A DNA stretch of 64,000 nt from Sedimentisphaerales bacterium (GTDB lineage: Bacteria > Planctomycetota > Phycisphaerae > Sedimentisphaerales > SM23-30). The position numbers and the translations under genes are program-made. Location of the stretch: NCBI GenBank assembly GCA_963666285.1, contig OY762711.1. One strand, 5' to 3'. Under the pieces are notes generated by a model. It saw only the letters and a list, made by a program, of their open reading frames with translations, had not been told where the DNA came from and did no database searches. Positions 32,496 to 42,450 of this stretch are shown in pieces. Positions within the stretch are counted from its first letter, which is position 1. Each line of letters begins with the position of its first letter.

Positions 32496-33251
32496 TCAAT
32501 CAAACTCATCTCCCCTGAACGACTGACCCAGGTAGGTCTTTCTCACCAGCTCGTTATTTACCAGCTCCTTCGGTGTTCCAGATGCCAAAACCTGGCCTTC
32601 ATTAATAATGTAAGCACGGTCCACAACCTCTAGCGTACGTTCGACATTATGGTCCGTTATCAATATACTTATCCCGCGGTCCTGCAGGCTGCGGATCTCC
32701 TTCTGAAGATCCTCAACTGCTATCGGGTCAACTCCGCTGAACGGTTCATCCAGCAGTATTAGTGATGGGTTTGTTACCAGCGACCTGGCAATCTCCAGCT
32801 TACGCCTTTCACCGCCGCTGAGTACACGGGCCTCTGATTTGCGTACTTTTTCCAGGCTGAATTGGCTGATTAGCTCGCTGGTCTTACGGAGCCGGTCATT
32901 CCTGGTCAGGCTCATTGTCTCCAATATCGCCAGCAGGTTCTGCTCTACTGTCAATCTCTGGAATACACTCGGCTCCTGCGACAAATAGCCGATCCCCATT
33001 CGTGCCCGGCGATACATTGGCAGCTTGGTAATATCATGACCTTCAAAAATGACCTTACCTTCTTCTGGTTGTACCATTCCGATTGTCATCCGAAACGAGG
33101 TCGTTTTACCGGCACCATTTCGACCAAGCAGACCAATACTCTCACGACCGTAAACTGCTAACGAAACTCCGTTTACGACCCTTCGGCCTGAATAGCTCTT
33201 TACAAGGTTCCGGGTTTCCAGCAGAACCATATCCATAGGGCACACTTCCAA
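32496..33251 (-). CDS. lptB: LPS export ABC ATPase
   Basis: GRNGAGKT, LPMYRRARMGIGYL, LSGGERR, DEPFSGVDP, ITDHNV. Confidence 0.93.
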   Translation of the reverse strand: MEVCPMDMVLLETRNLVKSYSGRRVVNGVSLAVYGRESIGLLGRNGAGKTTSFRMTIGMVQPEEGKVIFEGHDITKLPMYRRARMGIGYLSQEPSVFQRLTVEQNLLAILETMSLTRNDRLRKTSELISQFSLEKVRKSEARVLSGGERRKLEIARSLVTNPSLILLDEPFSGVDPIAVEDLQKEIRSLQDRGISILITDHNVERTLEVVDRAYIINEGQVLASGTPKELVNNELVRKTYLGQSFRGDEFD

Positions 33252-33651
33252 ACTATATAAATCGCGGACATGCTGACCCGCTTGTTTATAACTCTATTAT
33301 TTACAAACTATTACGCAATATGTTGTCTCATTTTACGCAATATGATATTTTTGTAACTCCAATCGTAAACCATTATAATTCTAACCGTAAAAACCGTCAA
33401 AGAAAATACGCAATAATATCTAACCGATAGTATATATATGGTATGTCCTAAAACCTGCTGTATCCAATATATTGATTTGGCAATCTATTACGCTATTTGA
33501 TTGTTCATAAAGCATTGATAATTATTGTGTTATGTAAAGTTGCTGACTAAGCTCAGGTTTACCTGGTTTTGACACAATACAAAAAACATACATATTTTCT
33601 ACCATTCATTTTTCTTTTTCATTTTCACTCAATCAAACTTCCCATATATGG

Positions 33652-33680
33652 TTGACATTTAGATGTATCTGTTCTATAAT
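33652..33680 (+). promoter_or_regulatory. Consensus sigma70 promoter
   Basis: TTGACA-N17-TATAAT. Confidence 0.85.
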
Positions 33681-33731
33681 GCGTGTCTTGCATTTATCAC
33701 TATTTAACTGGAAGAAAAGGTAGCAACAGTT

Positions 33732-33953
33732 ATGCGTAAATTTACAAAATCGATTTTAGCATTGACTCTGGCGGTAACTGTACTCGCTCTGGCCGGTTGT
33801 GAATCTACTACTCACAGCAGCGAGCAGCAGGCCAAGAAGTATGGTCGTATCTTCGATGTCCATAAAAAGATGGCTGTTGATGATTTCGATAAATTCTTCC
33901 TGCTGGAAAGAAACTCCCGCCTGGGCAGATGGCACACCATCACTGCTGAATAA
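33732..33953 (+). CDS. Small lipoprotein
   Basis: LAGC lipobox; purine-rich RBS; consensus promoter upstream. Confidence 0.8.
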   Translation: MRKFTKSILALTLAVTVLALAGCESTTHSSEQQAKKYGRIFDVHKKMAVDDFDKFFLLERNSRLGRWHTITAE

Positions 33954-34113
33954 TCCCGCCAAAAGCACTCTCTCCTTAAAAGGTACTACCATTTACCTGT
34001 TATTGTCTGAAGTCTTCGCTTTAGCGTGAGGCAGATCGTCAAAGAGTTTATTTTGGCTTGCAGGCATTCAGACTACTTTATACACTTAGTGTATTATATA
34101 TGGTGGCACCAAT

Positions 34114-35394
34114 TTGCAACTATTGAAATGGTACAATTCATTACCCAGGCGTTCTCGGCTCAGTCTTAACCGGGAGTTTACCGCTTGTGTACCAATGGCT
34201 ATTGTCTATGGCGTTATGAGCAACAGCTTTGTCGGGCTCGTCGGTCACAAAGCTCTTGGAATGTCTGGCAATCAGGTCGCTGTTCTTCAATCTATTAGTT
34301 TTGCCGGATACGCTTTTTCTGGTATCGGCGCTTCTTATCTGCTGCGATATAGCAAACCTCTGGTTCTAAAATATATCTTCATTATTGTTAGTCTTTTATT
34401 AGCAAGTGTATATGTATCTTGCGGCAGGCCGTTCAGCTCTTATCTGTTTATCGCGCAAATGTTTCTGCTGCAAACTCTTATCGCTTCAACCGGGGTGCTT
34501 CGTTCCGCGATCTGGAGAATTAACTATCCCGACAGCCAGCGGGCAAAGATGCTCGTTTCCGTTTATCTCACTATCGGGATTATTAGCAGCCTTTCCGCGA
34601 AAGCCTATGGACGTACCATGGATATGGGCGTTTCCTACAGCTCGATTTTCCTGTTTTGTGCCGTCGCTTCTATTCTGACAGCCTGGGGGTTCGGCAGAAT
34701 AAGGGTCTCCAATGAAGTCAATGACATCATCAGATACCGGCATGAATCTAATAAAGAAAAGCAGTTTGCGAAGTTTTTCACCGGGCTCAAAGTTCTCAAA
34801 GAAGATCCTCGGTTCCGACGATTTATGTCATGGCAGTTCCTCAACGGTCTTTGCTGCCTTTCAATTGATATCGGTGCGCTGATTATAATTATACCAAAAG
34901 TGGTTGACGGCTATGAGCGGGCGACCGACATTCTCGTTACGATACACCTTATCGTATCAGCCATCGCATCGCCGCTTTGGGCCAGGTTCTTTGACAACAA
35001 AGATATTTTTACTGTGCGTACTATCGCTGCTCTATGCTGGGCTGGCAGCCGAATTGTTCTGGCCGCAGGGCTGTATTTGCTTGATATCAGAATTATTATC
35101 TTTTCACGGGTACTTTCAGGTATCAGTGCTTCGCTCGGCCAGCTTGCCTGGCGGCTCGGACATATGACTTTTGCTCCGCCCGATCGTGACGGTGAATATA
35201 TGAGCTCGCACCTTATGCTCACCGGCATCCGCGGCATGCTCGCGCCCCTTATTGGAATCTTCCTGCTCAAATTCTCTTGGGCCGGACCCAACGGCTCTGG
35301 GCTGGTATTGCTCTCCGCCGCCGGGCTGATGCTCTCGGCATTCGCTTTCCACCGTATGAAGCACGACTATCCCGACCTCGCCGCTAAAAAATGA
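34114..35394 (+). CDS. MFS-like transporter
   Basis: About 12 TM segments in two halves. Confidence 0.7.
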   Translation: MQLLKWYNSLPRRSRLSLNREFTACVPMAIVYGVMSNSFVGLVGHKALGMSGNQVAVLQSISFAGYAFSGIGASYLLRYSKPLVLKYIFIIVSLLLASVYVSCGRPFSSYLFIAQMFLLQTLIASTGVLRSAIWRINYPDSQRAKMLVSVYLTIGIISSLSAKAYGRTMDMGVSYSSIFLFCAVASILTAWGFGRIRVSNEVNDIIRYRHESNKEKQFAKFFTGLKVLKEDPRFRRFMSWQFLNGLCCLSIDIGALIIIIPKVVDGYERATDILVTIHLIVSAIASPLWARFFDNKDIFTVRTIAALCWAGSRIVLAAGLYLLDIRIIIFSRVLSGISASLGQLAWRLGHMTFAPPDRDGEYMSSHLMLTGIRGMLAPLIGIFLLKFSWAGPNGSGLVLLSAAGLMLSAFAFHRMKHDYPDLAAKK

Positions 35395-35516
35395 TACTGG
35401 CTATCTTCTCACCAGTTGATACAATATCATTCTGACAAAAACATAAGTGCGAAACCACACTATTAGTGAATGCGATTAATATTAAATCTGTGGATAAGTA
35501 AGTATAAAATAAGTTT

Positions 35517-35567
35517 CGGCGTAGCCGTTACCTTTCCTTATGCCTTATCCCATATCCCTTATGCCTG
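35517..35567 (+). repeat. Mini-hairpin plus CCTTAT(C/G) heptamer tract
   Basis: cggc-gta-gccg, ttacctt, then ccttatg ccttatc ccatatc ccttatg. Confidence 0.75.
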
Positions 35568-35573
35568 ATTTAT

Positions 35574-36155
35574 ATGCGTATCATAGCCGGAAAAAAAGCT
35601 CGTTATAAACTTATCTCGCCCAAGGATAAAACTACGCGCCCCATACCAGACATGGTAAAGGAGGCTCTGTTCTCTATCCTGGGTAAAGAGATCGAAAACA
35701 AAACCGTTGCCGACCTTTTCAGTGGCACAGGCTCCATCGGGCTAGAGGCCGTCAGTCGCGGCGCCGCTCATGCCGTATTCGTCGATATGGACCGCGAAGC
35801 TGTCATTCGCCTCAAGCAGAACATTGACAAGCTGGAGTTCCATAACGAAAGCACCGTAGTCTCTGCCGATATCTTTAAGTTCGGGCTGCCCAACGACCGG
35901 TTCTCCGGCGGCCATTCCGATTATGATATTGTCTTCTGTGATCCGCCGTTCCCGCTCGCCCGTGAAACCGACGAACAGTCTAAGCTCGGCAAACTCATGG
36001 CAAAGATCAACAAACAGGTCAAGCCAGGCGCAACAGTTATCGTACGCAACGAAAAAAAATTCCCCATGCTTGATACCTACGCCGATCTCAAAATATACGA
36101 CCGACGCACCTACGGCATAATGACCCTCAACTTCTACAAAAAAGAAAATGAATAA
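35574..36155 (+). CDS. rsmD: 16S rRNA m2G966 methyltransferase
   Basis: MRIIAG, TRP..VKEALF, DLFSGTGSIGLEA.SRGA, DPPF. Confidence 0.93.
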   Translation: MRIIAGKKARYKLISPKDKTTRPIPDMVKEALFSILGKEIENKTVADLFSGTGSIGLEAVSRGAAHAVFVDMDREAVIRLKQNIDKLEFHNESTVVSADIFKFGLPNDRFSGGHSDYDIVFCDPPFPLARETDEQSKLGKLMAKINKQVKPGATVIVRNEKKFPMLDTYADLKIYDRRTYGIMTLNFYKKENE

Positions 36156-36588
36156 TGCTAAAACAAAAGCTTGTTATACCATTCTTATATTAATAGCATT
36201 AATTACGATTTGTAATTTTGTTAGTGGTTGGTTTTATTGGGGTATTGACATTTTCTACAGTATTAAAAATGATAAGATTTCTTGCATAAGTAGGATCGAA
36301 AATGTAATTGTTTTGCTAGTTAATATTATATTGGTTACGTTGTTTTTTACTGCAATTTCTTTTGCGTTTAAGAAAAAAGTGAAATGTTTTGGTGTGTTTG
36401 CCATAGCATTTATAGCGTCAATATTTTTATTTATTATAGAAATCAATTTTATGGAACCGCAATACAGAAACCCTGTAACTCACATTGGAAATCAATATTA
36501 TGATATGACAGTTGGATACAGAAAATATTATTACAACTGGCTTTGGTATAATGAAACAGAATTAATTTGGAAAGAAAATATAAACTAA
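36148..36588 (+). CDS. AT-rich hypothetical membrane protein
   Basis: Three TM helices; overlaps the rsmD stop. Confidence 0.6.
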   Translation: MNNAKTKACYTILILIALITICNFVSGWFYWGIDIFYSIKNDKISCISRIENVIVLLVNIILVTLFFTAISFAFKKKVKCFGVFAIAFIASIFLFIIEINFMEPQYRNPVTHIGNQYYDMTVGYRKYYYNWLWYNETELIWKENIN

Positions 36589-36600
36589 ATTCAAAATTTA

Positions 36601-36629
36601 TTCGTGAAAATTCGTGTCCATTCGTGGTT
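36601..36629 (+). repeat. TTCGTG decamer tandem repeat (empty IS1111 target type)
   Basis: ttcgtgaaaa ttcgtgtcca ttcgtggtt. Confidence 0.8.
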
Positions 36630-36751
36630 GAATTTTCTTCATGACCTTCATGGTATAAATACTTTTTTTGTGGTTTTATTTTCCCTCGCCGCAGGCGATA
36701 TAAATTAGCTTGCGAAGACCTTAACTTATATCTTATTACTTGTTACTTATT

Positions 36752-38088
36752 ACTGAACTTTTGCAAAATTAAAAAATTAACGTTAAAATGTGGTATAGAC
36801 CGATAAAATTTGATAGCAGAGCACTCCGAAAACCCAGAAAGGATTTTGGTATGCCAGCTATAGTACAATACCCTACAGTAGTCCAGCAAGCTGTCGATGA
36901 ATTTGGCGATCATTTTCAAAATGAGCCTGAACGTCGTCATTTTGCTGAGTATATCACCGGTCTTATCATTGCCCGCAAGAAAAACGTCTCTGCCATCAAC
37001 AGGGAATTTGCATTTGCCTCTGATCAATCCTGTCTCAACCGGTTTCTCACCGATGTTGAATGGGACGAAGAATCGCTTAACACTGCCAGACTGGAGTGGC
37101 TGCAGAAAGACCCTAAAACCAGATATAGCGATTCTGGGGTTATTGCCCTTGATAATGTTCTGATAGACCATAGTGGTAAACATATTGAGGATGTAGGATA
37201 TTTCTGGGATCATGCAGATCAACGTAATAAAATAGCCCATGATTACCTGATAGCCAATTATGTCTGTAATTCCGGGAAACATTATCCTTTGGAGTTTTAC
37301 AGATTTGTCAAAAAAGAAGATTGTCTGGAACGGGGCATTGAATTTCAGGATCATAATATCCTTTTCCGCAATCTGGTTGACTGGACTGTAGCTAACGATA
37401 TTCCCGGTGACTTTACCTTCGATAGCTGGTTTACCCATAGCGACAACCTTAACCATATAAACCAGTATGAACGTAATTATGTTGGTGATTTGAAAACAAA
37501 TCGTAAGACTATATTTCAGGGCAAAGTAATAAAGGCTGAAGAAGTAGCCAAATCTATTGACCCTGAAATCAAAAAACTCATAACTATTGGCAAGCATCGC
37601 CAATATTACTTTACTAAAAGTATCAGGATTCCTGGTGTAGACCACAAAGTACGTATCCTGATTATCTGGCATAAAAAGAATGATATTGAACCTAAAAAGA
37701 TTCTGGTTTGCAATCGATGCAACTGGGAAGCGATTCGTATCCTGAAGGTCTATCGCTGCCGCTGGCAAGGCACAGAGTGCTTTCATCGAGACGGCAAGCA
37801 GTATTTGGGCATGGGCGACTGTCAGCTTAGAAGCGGCCTGGGTCAGACAAGACACATGTACATGGTGTTTCTGGCGTATAGCGTACTTTTGACTCAAATG
37901 CAGCAGAACCGTGTGTGTGAATGGGCACGAGAACGCCTGACGACCATAGGACAATCTTGTATGGCAGTTATGCGAGAAACTCTCAGCAATACAATCGCTT
38001 GGGTGGTTGATCAAATCGAATCCAACGGAACAAGTTTTAAACGTATTAAAGTACAATTAGCTTTACCCTAATTTTGCAAAAGTTCAGT
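36752..38088 (+). mobile_element. IS701-like insertion sequence
   Basis: Perfect 20-bp TIR actgaacttttgcaaaatta; TATT duplication (or 19-bp TIR with TTATTA). Confidence 0.92.
36851..38071 (+). CDS. DDE transposase (IS701/IS4 superfamily)
   Basis: IALDNV, FDSWF, RW..ECFHRDGKQ; ATG 36851 has an AAGGA RBS (ORF open from 36788). Confidence 0.88.
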   Translation: MPAIVQYPTVVQQAVDEFGDHFQNEPERRHFAEYITGLIIARKKNVSAINREFAFASDQSCLNRFLTDVEWDEESLNTARLEWLQKDPKTRYSDSGVIALDNVLIDHSGKHIEDVGYFWDHADQRNKIAHDYLIANYVCNSGKHYPLEFYRFVKKEDCLERGIEFQDHNILFRNLVDWTVANDIPGDFTFDSWFTHSDNLNHINQYERNYVGDLKTNRKTIFQGKVIKAEEVAKSIDPEIKKLITIGKHRQYYFTKSIRIPGVDHKVRILIIWHKKNDIEPKKILVCNRCNWEAIRILKVYRCRWQGTECFHRDGKQYLGMGDCQLRSGLGQTRHMYMVFLAYSVLLTQMQQNRVCEWARERLTTIGQSCMAVMRETLSNTIAWVVDQIESNGTSFKRIKVQLALP

Positions 38089-38100
38089 TATTACTTTCTT

Positions 38101-39303
38101 ATGACAATCGAAAACAAAAAAGCAGCACTCAAAGTCATTACGACCCTCCATCAGGCAGGCCATCAGGCACTGCTCGCCGGCGGTTGTGTACGCGATATGC
38201 TGCTCAATATAGACGCCAACGACTACGATGTCGCTACCAGCGCCCATCCCGACCAGGTCGCCAAATTGTTCCGCAAAACTCTTATGGTAGGGGCCCAGTT
38301 CGGCGTTGTCGTCATCATCCTCAACAAACAGCAGATCGAAGTTGCCACCTTCCGCAACGATGGCGGCTATGCCGATGGCCGCCGCCCTGACTCAGTACAC
38401 TTTACCAACGCCGAAGAAGATGCACAACGCCGCGACTTCACCATCAACGGCATGTTCTACGACCCAATCGAAGATAAAGTCATCGATTACGTCAATGGTC
38501 AGCCGGACCTCGCCGCCGGTATCATCCGTGCCATCGGCAACCCCGTCGAACGTTTCACTGAAGACCATCTGCGTATGCTGCGCGCTGTCCGGTTCGCTGC
38601 CCGGTTCGATTACCAGATCGAGCCCGACACTTTCAACGCTATCTGTGACCATGCCGAAAAGATCAAAAAGATCTCTGCCGAACGCATCGCCGCCGAGCTC
38701 GAAAAAATTCTTACCCACCCCAACCGCCTGCTAGGCATGCAGATGACCCAGTCTTCCGGCATGCTCGACCATATTATACCATACGACCAGACCAAACTAA
38801 CCGACGGCATAAACCTGCTCAATGAACTCCCCAAAGCCGACTTTGCCCTCGCTCTTGCCGCGGTACTTATCAACCTCGACGCGAAAGCCGTCCAAAACAT
38901 ATGCCGCGACCTGAAACTCAGTAACGATGTCCGCAAAAAAACCGCATGGCTGCTCATCAGCCTGCCCGAACTGCTCGATGCTCTGCCGCTCACTAAAGGC
39001 AACCTCAAACTCTGGCTCGCAAACGAATATTTCGACGATCTGCTGACCCTCGTCTATGCTCGCACCTGCCAGACCGGCCGACCAACCGATCCGCTCGATC
39101 GGCTCGCCCAACAGATCACCGACCTCGGTGATGAGGAGATCACACCAGTCCCGCTGCTCGACGGCAATGAGCTCATGGCTCTTGGCATCCCCCAGGGCCC
39201 ACTGCTTGGCAAAGCTGTCGCCCAAACCTACCTCGCCCAGCTCGAAGGTCAAATCACCACAAAAGCTTCCGCTACCGAATGGGTTAAATGCAATTTGATA
39301 TAA
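38101..39303 (+). CDS. cca: CCA-adding tRNA nucleotidyltransferase / poly(A) polymerase family
   Basis: GGCVRD, DYDVAT, EVATFR, RRDFTING, EDHLRMLRAVRF, SAERI. Confidence 0.9.
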   Translation: MTIENKKAALKVITTLHQAGHQALLAGGCVRDMLLNIDANDYDVATSAHPDQVAKLFRKTLMVGAQFGVVVIILNKQQIEVATFRNDGGYADGRRPDSVHFTNAEEDAQRRDFTINGMFYDPIEDKVIDYVNGQPDLAAGIIRAIGNPVERFTEDHLRMLRAVRFAARFDYQIEPDTFNAICDHAEKIKKISAERIAAELEKILTHPNRLLGMQMTQSSGMLDHIIPYDQTKLTDGINLLNELPKADFALALAAVLINLDAKAVQNICRDLKLSNDVRKKTAWLLISLPELLDALPLTKGNLKLWLANEYFDDLLTLVYARTCQTGRPTDPLDRLAQQITDLGDEEITPVPLLDGNELMALGIPQGPLLGKAVAQTYLAQLEGQITTKASATEWVKCNLI

Positions 39304-39408
39304 GTCTTTTATTAATAATTATTTACCAGTTATTGTTGCTTTTTATGCACATTTGTCCGAAAATAATGCTAATCCGTTATTACGGAGGTGGATGGCCATG
39401 TGCTATTG

Positions 39409-39432
39409 AAGCCCCAATTTGGGGCTTTTTTT
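39409..39432 (+). terminator. Intrinsic terminator after cca
   Basis: aagcccca/tggggctt stem followed by T run. Confidence 0.8.
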
Positions 39433-39553
39433 ATGGGAAATTGAAATTAATTATGTTTTTGGGAGAAAAAATCTCTTAAAGTTTGTGTTTATTGTCTACG
39501 ATTGCTATAATATTGCAAGCTAATGAGTTATTTTCTCTTAAATTGGAGTAGTT

Positions 39554-40882
39554 ATGTTACTGAGTTTTACAGTTGAAAACTGGATGTCATTTAAAGAGCG
39601 GGCTTCATTTTCCATGGTTGCGACTCGTGAGAAGCAACATGGTGAAAGAGTTCCTTTTGTCAATAAGTATAAAACTAAAATATTACCTGTCGCTGCAATA
39701 TATGGTGGTAATGCTTCTGGTAAAACCAATTTTTTTAAAGCATTAAATTTTATTAAAAATATGGTTATTGACGTTAGGAAACCTGACAGTACTATTCCTG
39801 TCGAGCAATACCGCTTAGATAAAAAATGTTTATCTGTTCCTTCTTCTTTTGTGGTTGTGATTCTAGTCGATAATGAAATATATGAGTTTGCTTTTTCTTT
39901 AACAAAGACTTCGATTATTGAGGAAAAACTTGTACATATTAAAAGTGCAAGTGAAAAAGTATTGTATCATCGCAGAGGAAATAAAATTAATTTCACTGAA
40001 CCATTAACTAAAAACGATAGGCTTAAATTTGTGTTTGAAGGTACAAGGGATAATCAACTTTTTCTTTCAAACTCAATTATGCAAAAAATTGATATCTTTA
40101 AACCGGTATATGATTGGTTCAATGATAGACTTGAATTGATTGCGCCCGATACTCGTTTTGCATCATTTGAATATTTTTTTGATAGTGATAATCCTTTGTA
40201 CAATACAATGAATGAAATGTTGCCATTGCTTGATACCGGTATTTCTTTTTTGGGTGGCGAAGAAATTCCAATTGAAAATATATCGTTTCCTGATGAAATA
40301 AATAATGACATATTAGCGGATATTAAAGAGGGCATGTCAGCAAGAATAATTGATGTTAATAATAATGACCGCTTTATTGTTTCCAGAAAAGATGATAATC
40401 TGATTATAAAAAAAATGATTACAAAACATTCTACAATTGACGGAACTGATATAAAATTTGATATGAAACAAGAGTCTGATGGTTCGCAAAGGATTATAGA
40501 TCTACTACCAGCTTTTTTGAATATTTCTGACTCTAAATCACAAAAAGTATTTGTAATTGATGAACTTGATAGAAGTTTGCATACTTTATTGACAAGTAGG
40601 ATCTTGAATGCATACTTGGACAGTTGTTCCACGGAAAGCCGTTCTCAGTTATTATTTACTACTCATGACGTTCTACTTATGAATCAAGACCTGTTTAGGC
40701 GGGACGAAATGTGGGTAACTGAAAGAAATAGGCATGGAGCTTCAAAGCTTTGTTGTTTTAGTGAATACAAAGATGTTAGAAATGACAAAGATATTCGCAA
40801 AAGCTATCTTCAGGGAAGACTTGGCGGTATCCCTAAAATACTATTTAGTGGCAATCAACTATCGCTGAAAGGTGGTGGCTGA
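39554..40882 (+). CDS. rloA: AAA_21 ABC-type ATPase (RloA/AbiLi-like)
   Basis: [42 protein letters not shown]. Confidence 0.85.
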   Translation: MLLSFTVENWMSFKERASFSMVATREKQHGERVPFVNKYKTKILPVAAIYGGNASGKTNFFKALNFIKNMVIDVRKPDSTIPVEQYRLDKKCLSVPSSFVVVILVDNEIYEFAFSLTKTSIIEEKLVHIKSASEKVLYHRRGNKINFTEPLTKNDRLKFVFEGTRDNQLFLSNSIMQKIDIFKPVYDWFNDRLELIAPDTRFASFEYFFDSDNPLYNTMNEMLPLLDTGISFLGGEEIPIENISFPDEINNDILADIKEGMSARIIDVNNNDRFIVSRKDDNLIIKKMITKHSTIDGTDIKFDMKQESDGSQRIIDLLPAFLNISDSKSQKVFVIDELDRSLHTLLTSRILNAYLDSCSTESRSQLLFTTHDVLLMNQDLFRRDEMWVTERNRHGASKLCCFSEYKDVRNDKDIRKSYLQGRLGGIPKILFSGNQLSLKGGG

Positions 40883-41475
40883 TGGTGAAAAATAGAAGAA
40901 GTCTCACTAGGCCGCAAGGTCAACGCCGCTATAAAAGGATGTACATTCTTGCCGTAGAAGGGGCTGTTACTGAAATTCAATATTTCAACATCCTCAATAA
41001 TGAAAATATTGTAGTTCATATTCATTGTTTAAGAGGTAATCATAAAAGTGCTCCAAAAAATGTCTTAGAAAGAATGGAAAAATATCTTAATATTAACGAA
41101 CTGAATGATAATGATCAGGCGTGGCTTGTTGTTGATAAGGATCAGTGGACTGACGGACAGTTAAATGAATTGTTTCAATGGTCACAACAAAAAGATAATT
41201 ACGGTTTTGCACTTAGTAATCCTAAATTTGAATATTGGCTTTTATTGCATTTTGAAGATGGGAATGGTGTTTCTAATTCAAGGCAGTGTACAGATAAGTT
41301 AAAACTCCATCTACCTGATTACCAAAAGCATATAAATCCACGAGAATTTACTATTGATAAAATTAAGCGTGCAATTCAAAGAGCAAAAATAAAGGATAAT
41401 CCTCCTTGTTCTGATTGGCCCCGTTCAACGGGAACCACTGTTTATCGTCTGGTGGAGCAAATTATGAAGTGTTGA
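40882..41475 (+). CDS. rloB: RloB-family protein
   Basis: VEGAVTE..YF, VVDKD, SNPKFEYWLLLHF; translationally coupled to the ATPase. Confidence 0.9.
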   Translation: MVKNRRSLTRPQGQRRYKRMYILAVEGAVTEIQYFNILNNENIVVHIHCLRGNHKSAPKNVLERMEKYLNINELNDNDQAWLVVDKDQWTDGQLNELFQWSQQKDNYGFALSNPKFEYWLLLHFEDGNGVSNSRQCTDKLKLHLPDYQKHINPREFTIDKIKRAIQRAKIKDNPPCSDWPRSTGTTVYRLVEQIMKC

Positions 41476-41505
41476 ATAACAAATTTTCTAATTGTAAAAG
41501 TTGTT

Positions 41506-41562
41506 GGTCAAATCACCACCAAAACCGATGCCGCAAACTGGGTTAAACAAAATATTTTATAA
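41506..41562 (+). pseudogene. Second copy of the cca 3' end
   Basis: Reads GQITTKTDAANWVKQNIL* versus cca GQITTKASATEWVKCNLI*; first 14 nt identical to 39247-39260. Confidence 0.85.
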
Positions 41563-41844
41563 TTTTGCTCGATCTCCCATCATATCCGGCATAACCGTTA
41601 CAATTGAAATAGCTTTAATATTACATAATACTATATCCTTTAGTAGGTGGTGTAACTTTCTATTTACCAAGGGTATATGTGTTTTAACCTTGTCGCTTGA
41701 AATGATTATTATTTGACATTTACGTCAACTTAAAAACTAGGTTGCTTCTACAACATCTAAACTTCTTACTTTTCACTATTAGTTATTCACTTAAAATTCC
41801 TCTTACTTGCTGTTTAAACCCTTTTCATATATAATGTTTCGACT

Positions 41845-42300
41845 ATGAATAATGAATTTAACAAAGAAAAAGAACAGACCGCTGATTGGAAGCACGACCC
41901 CGCGGCCAGCAAGCAGCTTGCCATCGACATGGCTCGTATCGCGCATGACAGCCGTTGCACCGACATTGTGGTACTAGACCTCAACGGCCGCAGCCCGGTA
42001 GCACGATATTTCGTCATCGCAACCGGTACCAGTACCCAACAGGTAAGGGCCGTTGCCGACGAGATCGAAATCGCCGGCAAGCATTCCGGCAACAAGGCAT
42101 ACGGCAACGCTGGTCTCCAGGAAGGGCGATGGGCTATCATCGATTTCGTTGATGTCATCGTTCACATTTTCGACGATGAATTTCGTCATTTCTATGATCT
42201 CGAAATGCTTTGGGGCGATGCTCCCAAAGTTGAATGGCAGCGTGAGGGCGATGATGATACTCCCCATTCCGGATTTGGTCCCGGCGTCGAAATCCATTAG
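41845..42300 (+). CDS. rsfS: Ribosome silencing factor
   Basis: DIVVLDL, YFVIATG.S, W..IDF.DVIVHIF, FYDLE.LW. Confidence 0.93.
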   Translation: MNNEFNKEKEQTADWKHDPAASKQLAIDMARIAHDSRCTDIVVLDLNGRSPVARYFVIATGTSTQQVRAVADEIEIAGKHSGNKAYGNAGLQEGRWAIIDFVDVIVHIFDDEFRHFYDLEMLWGDAPKVEWQREGDDDTPHSGFGPGVEIH

Positions 42301-42365
42301 TAGTTTATTATGTAAAAGGTGTCTGCTTTATCATTTTTATAACTTTGGTGCTGGCTTTAAAATAG

Positions 42366-42441
42366 GGTCGCGCAGCGACACCTTCCCTAATACCAAAACC
42401 TGGTACCTGATACCTTCAAGCTGACTCAAGGTCTGTTTGAG
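42366..42441 (+). repeat. Mini-hairpin/ACACCTT + heptamers + palindrome B
   Basis: gtcgc-gca-gcgac acctt, ctaatac..ctgatac, ttcaagctgac..gtctgtttgag. Confidence 0.8.
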
Positions 42442-42450
42442 CAATTAATT

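Noticed and set aside
32400..32500. Cyclic-dinucleotide riboswitch upstream of cdaA (GCAAAGCC words)
   Set aside because: Required stems and conserved flanks are missing; the hairpin there belongs to the ACACCTT repeat grammar
38074..38100. N-terminal extension of cca from TTG 38074
   Set aside because: Lies in the IS terminal repeat; ATG 38101 is the plausible start
39365..39432. Antitoxin-like sRNA upstream of RloAB
   Set aside because: Only one 5-bp hairpin plus a terminator, adequately explained as the cca terminator
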